DNA of 63,484 nt, filler included, from Lenisia limosa (GCA_001655205.1; 10 parts of 10 records of this genome joined end to end with filler, not necessarily neighbours in it); one strand, 5' to 3'. Shown: positions 1 through 13,628, counted from the whole stretch's first letter. Notes: generated by a model not told the origin, from the sequence alone. Translations and numbers: made by a program.

Positions 1-370
1 ATTCCTCCAAGGATCACCTTTTTTTTTTTTTTTTTTGAATAAAAAAAAAATTGTGCAAGACTTGAACCCAAAAAGTTCGATGCACATCTCGCTTTAAAAT
101 ATTTTTTTGAGAATTGGAAAAGTATTTGAAAATAGAGAGGATGAAGGTCATCAGACCCATCCCTGATCTTATTTTACCTCCATGAAAAGTCCATTTCACC
201 ACTCAAAAAATTGCTGAAAAATTTATGCTTTTGGCCCGCTTTACATTGGTTGCGGTGATTTTCAATCGGACATTAAGTTAATTTCTTTGAGAAGATTGGA
301 GTCGAGGGAAGGTCAGAAAGAGTATTCAGAAGCAAGTTACACTCCAAAAACTTGATGATACATGCATTAA

Positions 371-1130
371 CTAATATAGTGAAAGCAAAGAGACAGAATC
401 CGAAGCATTATTATTTTTAAACACACCAATTAGTGAATTGGCAAGCTTGTCAGAATACAAAATAAAACCTCAAACATATTATTTCGTAAAGAAATAATAA
501 CAAATTGAGCATCAGTTGTTTTGTCTTTTATATAATTAGCAACAATACTCACATTCTTGTAATCAAGAGCAGCATCAATCAGCAGTTAAAAAAATATCCC
601 CAACCTCATCCATTACATAGAGTGGTGTTGGCTTGTAGTGGTGCAGTGCAAAAATAAGAGAAAGAGAGGAAAGGGTTTTTTCACCTCCAGACAAATTACC
701 AATATTTTTCCAAGACTTTTGGGGAGGTCTTACCCTAAATATATATGAAAACCAACTGATGAGCTTACGAAAACAGAACTCCTTCAGAAAAAGGATCAAG
801 ACTATCCACCAGCTCTAATTCGGCATCACCACCAAGGGTAATCATCTGGTATATCTCTTTGAGATGGGTGGAAATTACGCTATAATACAGTGTTAATATG
901 TTAAGGATACTCACTTGAAACCCTTTAAAAACATCTCAAGCCTTTTCCGTCTCAGAGATTCAAATTCAGAAATCGCTTTATTTCTTTCCATTGTTAAAAT
1001 ATCGAGGTTATTTTTCTACAAACGTAAGAATTTGCATTAAGCAGAAATATGTAAAAAAGCGAAACTGGTATATACCCTTTGTTTGTATATACTTTCAAAA
1101 TACTACTTGAGGACAGGTAAGTGTATAGGA
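371..1130 (-). CDS. SMC4: Condensin subunit SMC4, C-terminal ATPase head (5' partial, spliced)
   Basis: Spliced exons translate to FESLRRKRLEMFLKGFN-VISTHLKEIYQMITLGGDAELELVDSLDPFSEGVLFSVRPPQKSWKNIGNLSGGEKTLSSLSLIFALHHYKPTPLYVMDE-IDAALDYKNVSIVANYIKDKTTDAQFVIISLRNNMFE-LANSLIGVFK...LSLY*. This includes the signature motif LSGGEK, Walker B/D-loop and SMC4-specific flanks. The upstream boundary is approximate. Confidence 0.95.
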
Positions 1131-1592
1131 GAGTCCTCTCATGAGCTATCCCTTTACTTTTGTTTCAAAATCCTACAGAGGAATATAATTATGTTGTTAA
1201 TTATTTACCGTCCCAAAATCATCTATTACCCTTCAATTTTTTTTTGATTTATGAAAAAAAAAAAAAAANNNNNNNNNNNNNNNNNNNNNNNNNNNNNNNN
1301 NNNNNNNNNNNNNNNNNNNNNNNNNNNNNNNNNNNNNNNNNNNNNNNNNNGTTCGAAAATCCAAAAAAGCCTGTCATTTGTTGAAAAAAGTACATAATTG
1401 TTCTTGAGCAACTTAAAGAGGCAAAGGATTAACTGTTTTTTGAATACATTTGGAATAAAAACTTAATAGGAAATGTTAATGTTGTGTTTTTCAAAAAGTA
1501 ATATATACACTGTATATCATATACATGTGTCTGATATGTACATGTATATTTTCTTCTTCTTCTGCTTCATTNNNNNNNNNNCTAAACACAAA

Positions 1593-1845
1593 TTGGGATA
1601 TATTTCTTAACTGATGGAAACTCCATGCCACAATGAGCACTGTTTTGGCATCCTCGGCGGTAGAGACGCACCACACCCGCGAGGATGAACGCGTTGGTCA
1701 GCTAAAATACAGTAAGAATATGACAGTCAACATTGTTTAAAAAAAAAACAGGTAACACTGTTCTCACCAGAAGGGTCATGTTGGTCTGGTCGGTCTTCAG
1801 TAGCCGCCAGGAGTTCAGATAAGGAAAGAGATGAAGAAGCTGGAG
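1593..1845 (-). CDS. Hypothetical protein, last two exons
   Basis: GT-AG-bounded exons join in frame: LLHLFPYLNSWRLLKTDQTNMTLL|LTNAFILAGVVRLYRRGCQNSAHCGMEFPSVKKYIPICV*. No family recognised. Confidence 0.35.
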
Positions 1846-2506
1846 ACAGCCTTATTGAAATCCAGCTGCTGCTGAGACATATTCCCTTTTGAACAGCGGC
1901 CAAAACTTATCACACCTAAGAATTACGAAGAACATGGCAAAAGCAGTGCTGCAAATGAATAACACTCAATATTAAATACCCTTACTCATAACTTCAAAAA
2001 AAGAAAGGCTGCGTAGAATCAAGATGCAAATTGAAAGTCTTGGGAAAGCGGCGGTGGGTAAAAGTACTGACTCAAAAAACTTGTTTTCAATCAGCTTTGT
2101 GGAGACTTTCCTTGTCGGAAGCCTTCGGAATCGGAAAGTTTTTACTTCCGACAAAGTTTACGGCAACAAGTAATGCAAGGGGTATCCGCTCCTGTAAAAC
2201 ATACACCGCCACTCCCCAGTGGCGTTGTACGGTATACATATTATTTCGAGTGGCGGNNNNNNNNNNNNNNNNNNNNNNNNNNNNNNNNNNNNNTACCATT
2301 CTAAAATTCTAGAACATGGTCATACTCCCAGGTAAACATATGATATGTATCATATTGCTTCATCAAAGCTTCCATCACCTGATGCTACGTCCAAGGCGTC
2401 TATCAAGACCTATGGTGTTGTTATTGACTGAGGAGCTCGTCAATATAGAAGTCACCGCGCTGAGACAAATTAGATGAAGATTATGACCTTGGCAGGCAAT
2501 GTCATA

Positions 2507-3485
2507 CTATTTACCTGCTCAAGTTAGATACATATTAAGTATATATATAGCTATATGAACTAATTGAAGTAGCATTCAAAAGTCTTGAGTCATCCTTCCC
2601 TACTGAGATGGTTCCGTACAAGAATGCAGCAGTCAAAATCTTTGGAGACACCTGCAAGACCATGAAGTCAATAACAAGGTATCCTCACACTTCTATTCAA
2701 TATTGACATCAAAACTCCCGCACAGCTTGAATTTTCTCTATAAAAGTACTATAAACTTCAAACAGGATGGAATGCGATTTTTACATTCTTGGCTCAAACC
2801 CAAATTAAAGTCACTTGGCTACCCGTTTGCGGCCCTTAAACTGCCACAAACAACCAAAACCGAATATAATCGGTAACATTCAAGGACTAAATGGCAACTA
2901 TCCAGGAAAGTTTGACCTTGTAGAAAGCACTATTTTGAACATTTTTCTCTCAAAATTCACCATAACATAGCCAAAGCAAGGTTGTATCCATAACTAATTA
3001 CTCCTAGGGTTTTGTTAATGCTTGAATTTTTATATTAGTAGATCACCAAGTCAGAAAAGTGGGTGAAGCTCCTGGATGGCTCAGCTCCTGACATTCCTGT
3101 GGACAATAAGATGATCCTGTTCTATGACGAAAATGCCTGAATGAAGGGTGTTTTTAAGTACAAGGAAGACTTCAGGGCATCGGCAGTGTCCGTAACATCC
3201 ATGTCTGGTGAGAATGTCAGGAGCTGAGCCATCCAAGAGCTTCACCCACTTTTCTGACTTGGTGATCTACTGATGTAAAAATTCAATCATTAACAAAACA
3301 TTATTGAATAGAAGTGTGAGGATACCTTGTTTGTTATTGACTTCATGGTCTTGCAAAAGATTTTGACTGCTGCATTCTTATACGTAACCATCTCAGTAGG
3401 GAAGGGTGACTCAAGACTTTCAAATGCTACTTCAATTGGTTCATATACTTAATATCATATGTATCTATCTTGAGCAAGTAAATAG
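2507..3485. repeat. Nested inverted duplication (arms 2507-2702/3303-3485 and 3010-3096/3212-3298)
   Basis: Reverse-complement alignment by eye shows high identity, e.g. tagatcaccaagtcagaaaagtgggtgaagctc at about 3039 versus its reverse complement at about 3237-3269. Confidence 0.9.
2703..3008 (+). mobile_element. About 300-bp interspersed repeat inserted in the intron of the duplicated fragment
   Basis: Absent from the inverted sister copy. Homologous to 6277-6500 on the minus strand (shared ctcaaa.ccaaattaa, ggcccttaaa.tgcca, acattcaagga.taaatggcaactatc, caaaattcacc). Confidence 0.7.
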
Positions 3486-5140
3486 TGCTCATTGTTAAAT
3501 GGCAAGAGTAACAACCCGACGGAGTCCCTGTGCTGTTCCTCGGAGGAAGGGGTGTTGACAATGGCTTTAGTGGTTTTCTGTAAAAAGGGGATTTCACTGA
3601 AATACAAGTGAACTGAACTTTGAAATAGTCTCTCCAATTCTTCATGCTGACCACCACCACCGGAGCCCCCCACAAAGATCGACAAGATTCTCAAGGACGT
3701 CGGGCGGACGCTAATTCCGTGTTTCGTCCCTAATTTGAAAGATAAACATTAAGTTGGTTTCTTTCTTTCCATATATTAGTGTTTTCTTTATTTTCCAAGG
3801 TGGTGGTTTGAAAGGTGATCACCAAGTTGGAATTTCATCCCGTAGTTCTTCCATCATGGATTACCCACACTATAAGGAATTTGAAACGGCAAGGATTCGA
3901 CTCACTACATCCTGTGGATCAAGTAGTTGCATTACAAAGAATGGAGTAAAAGTCCCGAAAAAAAGTCAATAAGACTAGTAAGTTGGCAGATGGGACCATT
4001 ATTTTTGCTTTGTATCTTGGGAAATACGAAAATATTTGATCAATTTATGATATAATTTTTTTTGGAATTGATTGTTCATATCAAAATTGAGTTATCATTA
4101 AATTGCCTCTGTATCCCCCATTTCTATGAGATTACTAAAGGAAAACGCATTACGAATTATTGCCAACGGACCATCACGCATGTCATCTAACATGGCGAGG
4201 CGTTCAATTCTATTGTGTGTGGGTATAATTTCTTGAAATGAAGTTCTTACAAATTACTTTTGTTGGATTTGAAGTGTTATGAGGGAAGCAAAAATAGAAA
4301 TTATTTGAAACAACCCCCCGACCCCAGAATAAACTCTGTCACACGAGGGTTGGGAACAACAAAACAACAAAACAAACAAAGCTCAGGTCAGTCACTTCTG
4401 AGGTACCACATCACCTTACTTCGGCGTATATGGAAAGTCTTTTTCGGTGTAACTATAGTCTAACTCTCCTCAATCTTTATTCTAATTGCATTTTTTTAAA
4501 GGATTTTTACCAAATAATCTCAATAAATAGGAAAAAGAAAGGTTATGAAAAATGTACATATCCTCCCACCTTTTGACGATACGAAGCCATTTTGTCCCTA
4601 TAGTGTTGAATTACAGTAAAATTTGACAAATAATAATAATAATAAAAACCGTTAAGTGATACATTTTGTTTTCTAAAAGAGTTATCTGAGAAAGCAGTGT
4701 ATCTGAAGACATCGTGTCAGTCCTTTCAAAGAAACGTTGAAGTAAGTGTCTTTTTTCTGGAAGACAGTCCAACATATCACGACTACATTTTTTACACTCT
4801 TGGTTAACTTCATACGCTTGGCTCTGAAATAAACAAAAGGTATCATCTTAATGTGTTAGAATGTAAATAATCTCACAAATTGCCTTATTACAGAAAGCTT
4901 CACATAGTCTTTGGAATTCATTTTGTTTTGACAAACACTTTTCAAGCAGGGAGTTGGAATCATTAAGTTTGCCATCCACTTCGATTTTAGTATTGTCAAG
5001 CTGGTATTATTTAAAAACAAAAACACTTGAATAAGATCGTGCTGAGATTGTGACAATTGCATTTTCAGTGCTTGAACTTCATCATCACATTGAGTATGTA
5101 TTCCTTCAAGGATCTCTAGAGTATCCTGACAATAAATATA
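3070..5140 (-). CDS. Hypothetical multi-exon protein (coiled-coil-like exons upstream)
   Basis: In-frame spliced exons KPLKPLSTPLPPRNSTGTPS|AFESLESPFPTEMVTYKNAAVKIFCKTMKSITNK|ITKSEKWVKLLDGSAPDIL... An upstream exon reads LEILEGIHTQCDDEVQALKMQLSQSQHDLIQ. Linking the upstream exons to this gene is inference and both ends are approximate. Confidence 0.4.
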
Positions 5141-5399
5141 TAATCAAAATAATGCTGTTCCGCTAAGGTATTATTTTCCTACGTATCAGAAAGAGCACAA
5201 ATGACACAATTCCCAAATAAAACATAATTAGCTGTCAAATATTACTGGGTATCATACCTCCATTATTGAAAAAAAACCCCGTGAAAAGGCAAACCAAATT
5301 AACGGATTTTTGACATTTTCTCTTTTTTTTTAAAAAGTGGGGGATCATTAGGAGGTCCATTTATCTATCTATGTATCTGTCGAAGCAGTTTTTAAAAAA

Positions 5400-6890
5400 C
5401 ACTAACATTGACCTATACAAGGGGTCAACTTCAAGCTGTCCGAGAGTTTGATGTGCCCAATTATCATATGAGTACATATATGACTGGAGACGAGATGACA
5501 GCAGCATTCCGAGATTTAAGACTTCTTACAATCGAAGGAGGAGACTTGATAGCAAGAAGATCGAGAGTCACGAGAGGGACGAGGAGTTTTTTCAGCTTCA
5601 ACCTGAGCATGTAAGAAAAAAAGGGGAAACAAGCTGAGCTTACAATCTGATGAAGAAACTCTTTCTTAGTGCAGTAGTCAATCTGATAAACAGAAGGAAG
5701 ACTCTGGAGGTTCTTTAAACGATGAGAAAAGCTTACAATAATAAATTCAGAGCAGCACTTGGTGCATCCCTGCCCATTCGAGGTCTTACGGGAACACCCA
5801 CGTTCAATAACGCCTCTTGGGGAGTACTTGTAAGCAAGGCAGAACGACATTCGGTCTTGCTCTTTCCCTTCCTTGGCTGACTCTCCATTCAATCAAGGGT
5901 GCTCTTCACCAAAACTGTTCCACTCATTGTATTGTAAAAAAAANNNNNNNNNNNNNNNNNNNNNNNNNNNNNNNNNNNNNNNNNNNNNNNNNNNNNNNNN
6001 NNNNNNNAAATTGCCCTTCGGTAGTGCCAATTTTCAAAACATAACATCTTCTTCGCTCTTCTGTTTGCTGTTACCATTACAGACCTATATTATTAACAGA
6101 ATGGGGATAGAAACATTTTGTTTCAAAATACCTGTGTTCTCCATTTTATGAACAAGATCAAGGGTGTCATTGTGTCCCCATTTTTTACCATCATTTCATG
6201 CTATTTGAATCTGGATAAATTTTGAAAATATACTCATACATGACCTTACACTAGCACCATGACAGTACCACCTTAAAAGGTTTGCGATTTCCGGTGAATT
6301 TTGTGAATCACTACTGTCATATATTCCAAAAAAGCACTTGATTCAAGAGCAAACATTTACAGATAGTTGCCATTTACTCCTTGAATGTGGCCTTTTATTC
6401 AGGTTTTGAAGTGTTTTTGGCAATTTAAGGGCCATAAACCAAGAGCTTAGGGACTTAATTTGGTTTTGAGCTATCAATATGAAATTGGCATTGCATCTTG
6501 TGATTAAGATGGTTCAGTCCTTTTTTTAACTTAACCTACCCTTCCCTCCACTGGACATTTCTGTGAGAGCTGTTCCCACCGAGGATGGTCTTCCCCATTA
6601 ACAAGACTATTGGGATACAGATTTTGGCGATTTCTTGATCGTGTTCCTGGGGTTGACGCTCTTTTTCATCAAGGTAAGAATTCTCTCGCTTTAAATTGAA
6701 TTTTATCGACATTAATCACATTATCGAGTGGTTGGGTTTGTCTCTTTACCATGAGATTTTCAACTCTTGTTTGATACGTTGTGCCCCTCTGGGGTTCTTT
6801 CCCTCCATGTTGGTTGACATTAACTATTATAGAGACGAACAAGCTCTGAGAAGGTACCTTCAGAATCTCCCTGCCAAGAGCTCAGTATGA
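5400..6890 (+). pseudogene. Degenerate coding-like remnant, possibly transposon-derived
   Basis: Stretches of plausible protein broken by stops and frameshifts (MRKAYNNKFRAALGASLPIRGLTGTPTFNNASWGVLVSK...; PSTGHFCESCSHRGWSSPLTRLLGYRFWRFLDRVPGVDALFHQG; IIEWLGLSLYHEIFNSCLIRCAP), interrupted by a gap and a repeat. No confident family assignment. Confidence 0.25.
6277..6503 (-). mobile_element. Second copy of the 300-bp interspersed repeat
   Basis: Reverse complement aligns with 2770-2965. Confidence 0.7.
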
Positions 6891-6955
6891 TTGGATAAAG
6901 ATCATGTTTTAATAGGTGTTTTATCGATTTTATACTAGCAACAAATGTTTAGCAC

Positions 6956-7075
6956 AATCACCCGAGGGGTCCAAAAGATAGCAGCAGATGTCCAAAAGAT
7001 CACAGTCTCCCGAGGTCCAAAAGATAGCAATCACCCGAAGAGTTCAAAAGATAGCAATCATAATCAACCGAAGGG
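6956..7075. repeat. Degenerate tandem repeat, unit about caatcacccgaggggtccaaaagatag
   Basis: tccaaaagat or ttcaaaagat occurs four times, with cacccga or ctcccga motifs in between. Confidence 0.7.
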
Positions 7076-7167
7076 TGCAGATGTAAATGTAACCTTCCGT
7101 TCAGCTGTCAAAGCAGTTCAGGAATAGCGGGGTTGTTGTTTGGGTTTGTACCTGTTGTTCAAGGGGA

Positions 7168-8605
7168 GGAAGGGTCAAGAAGGATCTTCGCTCCTCCAAC
7201 CAGTCTTTTTATGAGAAGCTTGACATGGATGCCGCCCCACTTCAAGGTATGAATGATTTTGACAATAAAGTTTTCATTTTTTTGTAGTGCTTTACAATAT
7301 TGTGTAAAGTTACGTTCTCTTTGTTTTATCTTCGAAGATCCATGAGACATCGGGTAAACAAACACCCTTGGTACTGTCCACTCCGGTACTCCTGTGAAGG
7401 CCGCTGCACTTGAAAACATTTGCAAGCCTGTTGACGAGATCACCTCTGAGAGCACCATGAACCATATCATTAAGGATGAGATCCTCTCAGCTGCGAGAAA
7501 AGATGCCACCACTTTCGTCTTCCGCTAAGGGTCTTGACGCTCTCGGAGCTGAACTGTGCTTTGTTGACCTTGTTGACTGACTACGTCTTTCGTCCAAAAT
7601 CTTTCGTAAGTTTCGTGAATTCTGAATTCTGTGTTCAGATTTTGTGTTTGTGGGGTGGTGTTAACCCCTTCCAGCTTCATGATAATGACTCCGGTTCTTT
7701 TGCTCACGTTGAGGCTATTGCCCGTACCGTCTACCATGAGAAGGGCATCACTGATGTTGCTGATCCAGGAGCTTCTCTGTATCCAGCATGGTGCTCGCAA
7801 CATCAAGAAGGCCGCCGTCATCCTCCTCAAGAATACTGACATCAAGAAGAAGAGTATGCTGCTTCTGCCTTTTTATTGGAGTTTATTCATCTACTATTTG
7901 GTAGTGAACCGTTTCTTATTGTTTAGACAAGGCCCTTGGAAATTGGTTCCAGAAGGTCTTTGAGAATATCTACAAGGCAGCCAAAGGTGACGTTAAGTTC
8001 ACCATGATCTGAGATCACCTCCTCCCACCTCACTGGTACCAAAGAAGAACGGCAAGAGGTTGACTCTTTGTCGGCTCAACAATTGCCACCAGAAGGAGCA
8101 GTCTCTTCTGCTTCCTACCTTAGTTCTCCCCATCCTTGTCGAGTTCTGCTCGGTGTGTGGGTTATACAATCAATACATTATGGCTTTTCTCCAGTTGACT
8201 CTTTGGCTTATTTACTCCCTTAGAAATGTGGTTCCGCTGATACAACGTCTCTTTACGTCCACGGCCTCAACACCAATGCACTTCTTTGTGGTATGTGGGT
8301 CTCTTTTAGAGCAAATGGGAAAATAACACTAATTTTTCCTTACCCCTCCCCTCCATTTTTCTTTCATTTTTCATTTTTGCCTTGATTTATTGTATTCCAT
8401 TTATCTCACATGTATAAAAATCTTTAGCAACTTTGACATGTGTAGACCTCAACATCAACACCAACGAGGCCGCCATTACCGCCTACTTACTCCCCGACGT
8501 ACTGTCAAGAAGACCGATCGTGCCAAGACTTTCCGCAAGGCCCACCGCAAGAAGCGCCTCACTCACAAGTCCCAGTCCATCCATGACTACCGTGGAAGTT
8601 CAGGT
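7168..8605 (+). pseudogene. Decayed intron-containing DDE transposase, Mutator-like (PF20700-type)/Kolobok-like
   Basis: Reconstruction across GT-AG introns and at least 4 frameshifts gives GTVHSGTPVKAAALENICKP...SSAKGLDALGAELCFVDL..DYVFRPKSF|LHDNDSGSFAHV...IQELLCIQHGARNIKK...LGNWFQKVFENIYKAAKGD. This resembles the SSxxMExxGA / xDxDS / CxxH motif series of these transposases. The family call rests on recalled motifs. Confidence 0.55.
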
Positions 8606-8949
8606 CTTCTTCCTGTTCCTGTTTGTGGGGTTTGTGTTGTCATTATACGCAATCATGTTTGTATTCCTGATCTTTTTCATCTATAATGTCAATTTTATTA
8701 TTCCTATTGTAATCAAAAAGAGGGAATTTTTCGGGGGGGCGGGGGGTTCTTTATCTCCCCCCCCCCCAACAATCATACACATGAATCTAATTTTTTATTA
8801 CTCACTCCTAAAAGATTCGAGATCTTCATCTTCAGGCGATGAAAATGAACCGTGCTGCCCTCTTCAAGAAATCGAAGAAAAAGAAGAAGAAGGAGGTATG
8901 ACGTTAAGGAGGACGATTAGGAGTAGAGGTGTTATCCCGTTATAATTAC

Positions 8950-9305
8950 AATCTTTTTGCAACCCCAAAAATGGACAATATTTCGTGATTAATCCAGGAA
9001 GAGTGACACGCTAGTCCATGACACCCAAAACAACAGCTACCTCCCTGTAGGTGACGAACCTCCTCTCCTTGTTAGTCCAGGTGTGGTCTTCGTCCATGAG
9101 GAGATCATGATTGCGGTACCAATCCTAAAGAACCATTCAGATCAAGCAGAAAAAAAGATTATTTCATTATAAAACAGAAACAAGTCAAAAACATATTTAC
9201 CAATTCCTCCTCCATAGCAGCTGCACCAACAGCCTCAACATCCTCAGCGCTGTGGAGGTGGTGCAGACAATGTCTCCATTGATAAAAGACGCTCATTAAC
9301 TCTCC
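8950..9305 (-). pseudogene. Decayed KolX / P2X7-ballast-like accessory gene, convergent with the transposase
   Basis: Two exons joined by a phase-0 GT-AG intron (9125-9200): ELMSVFYQWRHCLHHLHSAEDVEAVGAAAMEEEL|DWYRNHDLLMDEDHTWTNKERRFVTYREVAVVLGVMD*RVTLPG...DCNYNG. It resembles the N..R...YR.....LG...R..LP pattern and has one in-frame stop. Confidence 0.35.
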
Positions 9306-10628
9306 TAGAGTTTCTCATATTAATGCCTGGTTTTACAATTTTCAGAATAGCAATAAAGGGAGGAAAAACAAGAAAGTTTCAATTTTGAGGTTGGAAAAAA
9401 TGGGAGGTGCACCCCCAGAAAAAATAAAAATATTATTACCTGCTTTTCTGTCATGCAACCTATTAATGGACCTTGTAATTGTTATGTTTTTTGTAGGGAA
9501 GTACACAATATATTTTTTTTATCGCATTTTAATGTAATAAATATTTTGACAGTACCACCTTATTTAGATTCTTCAAAGATACGAATCAAAAATCAACACT
9601 AATCCACTGTTATTACACGTGAATGTAACTATAAAATAGGTCCTTGAAATTATTAATTTCAGTTAAAAGTCATATGAACTGAACTGTCACCCAGTTAGTC
9701 TCTTTAGCTGTATAATTTGGACCAGTATTCTACCATTTCGATTGCTCCACTTCAGTCAAAAAGGTTATTTACTTCCCGTTCCGGGGTCCTTCAAGAGTAA
9801 ATGCTTCATTTTCTACCTAAGCTGTTTTATTCATATTTGGAAAAGAGAATCGTGTGTAGGTTTTCGACCATTAAGCTACTGGTGGGGATGAATATGGTAA
9901 AAAAAATAAAGATGAAGTCGGATAAATATTCGTTAATGCGGTAGTTGCTCGGTTTTTTTAATTTCAATGCTTGGGTGGAGAAAATTAAAGAAAAAAATTA
10001 AATTAAACAAACCATCTGATTAATTGACTTCAGCTCCAAGTCTTTACATTTTTGAGACATTTTCATAAGATTAGAAGTCAAAGAGAGAGACTCATTTGAG
10101 AGCTGAGAGGTGATGGTAAAAGAAGACTGTTATACGTACATCATAATATATACAATGTTGGCTACGATGACAAAACCGCGAACTCGCTCTATATGCTCGA
10201 TGATTGCCTTAGAGTGGTGGAATTCAAAATTATTGATGCAAGAACATCTTTGCTTCCGCACAAGCGTTTTAAGCCAATACAAAGTATTTTTGAGGTATGA
10301 TTATATATTATTGTATATAAAAGGCTAGTTTTACGACAATTTGCAAAAAAAAGTGAGAGAGGTTAACAAGGAATCTTTTGTCAAAAATGGAAAGCAAAAC
10401 CTCTTTTTTTTTTTGCAATTTTAATCATGTTCGCGGTTTTAACAATATAACAAACTGTTGGGAAAAGAAAAAACCTTAAGTCGCTTCTGAACACTCTCAA
10501 ATTCTCTTATATGCGACTTAGGACGTTGCTACCAGCATGAAAGGGAACCCGCAGTCAACCCCCCCCCCCACCATCCCCCGCCTTGGTTTATATTATATAA
10601 TATGTAGTAGATATTACATATAATATGA

Positions 10629-10728
10629 NNNNNNNNNNNNNNNNNNNNNNNNNNNNNNNNNNNNNNNNNNNNTTAATTAATTAANNNNNNNNNNNNNNNN
10701 NNNNNNNNNNNNNNNNNNNNNNNNNNNN
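10629..10728. other. Artificial contig spacer N-TTAATTAATTAA-N; also at about 15093, 41811, 48603, 53109, 55748, 57459, 59560 and 61379
   Basis: An identical all-frame-stop 12-mer sits inside N runs of about 100 nt, nine times, and the genes on either side are unrelated. Confidence 0.97.
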
Positions 10729-13550
<2,822 letters not shown>

Positions 13551-13628
13551 TGAATCGTGCTAAAAGTTTGTAAAGTTAACTAGATTTTGTGTTTAAAACA
13601 AAAAATTCACTGCTTCTCGTTGCAAAAT

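Noticed and set aside
2380-2470. Apyrase (GDA1/CD39)-like YGVVID motif
   Set aside because: Followed immediately by a stop, with no further apyrase conserved regions.
2703-3008. Helitron identity for the 300-bp insertion (ends near CTAG)
   Set aside because: No 5' TC, no GC-rich subterminal hairpin, and no A/T insertion site.
7168-9305. Alternative genetic code or stop readthrough to explain in-frame stops
   Set aside because: Frameshifts accompany the stops. Intact genes end in TAG (SMC4, PAK, ABCG), TGA (cpRAS) and TAA, and use TGG for conserved Trp.
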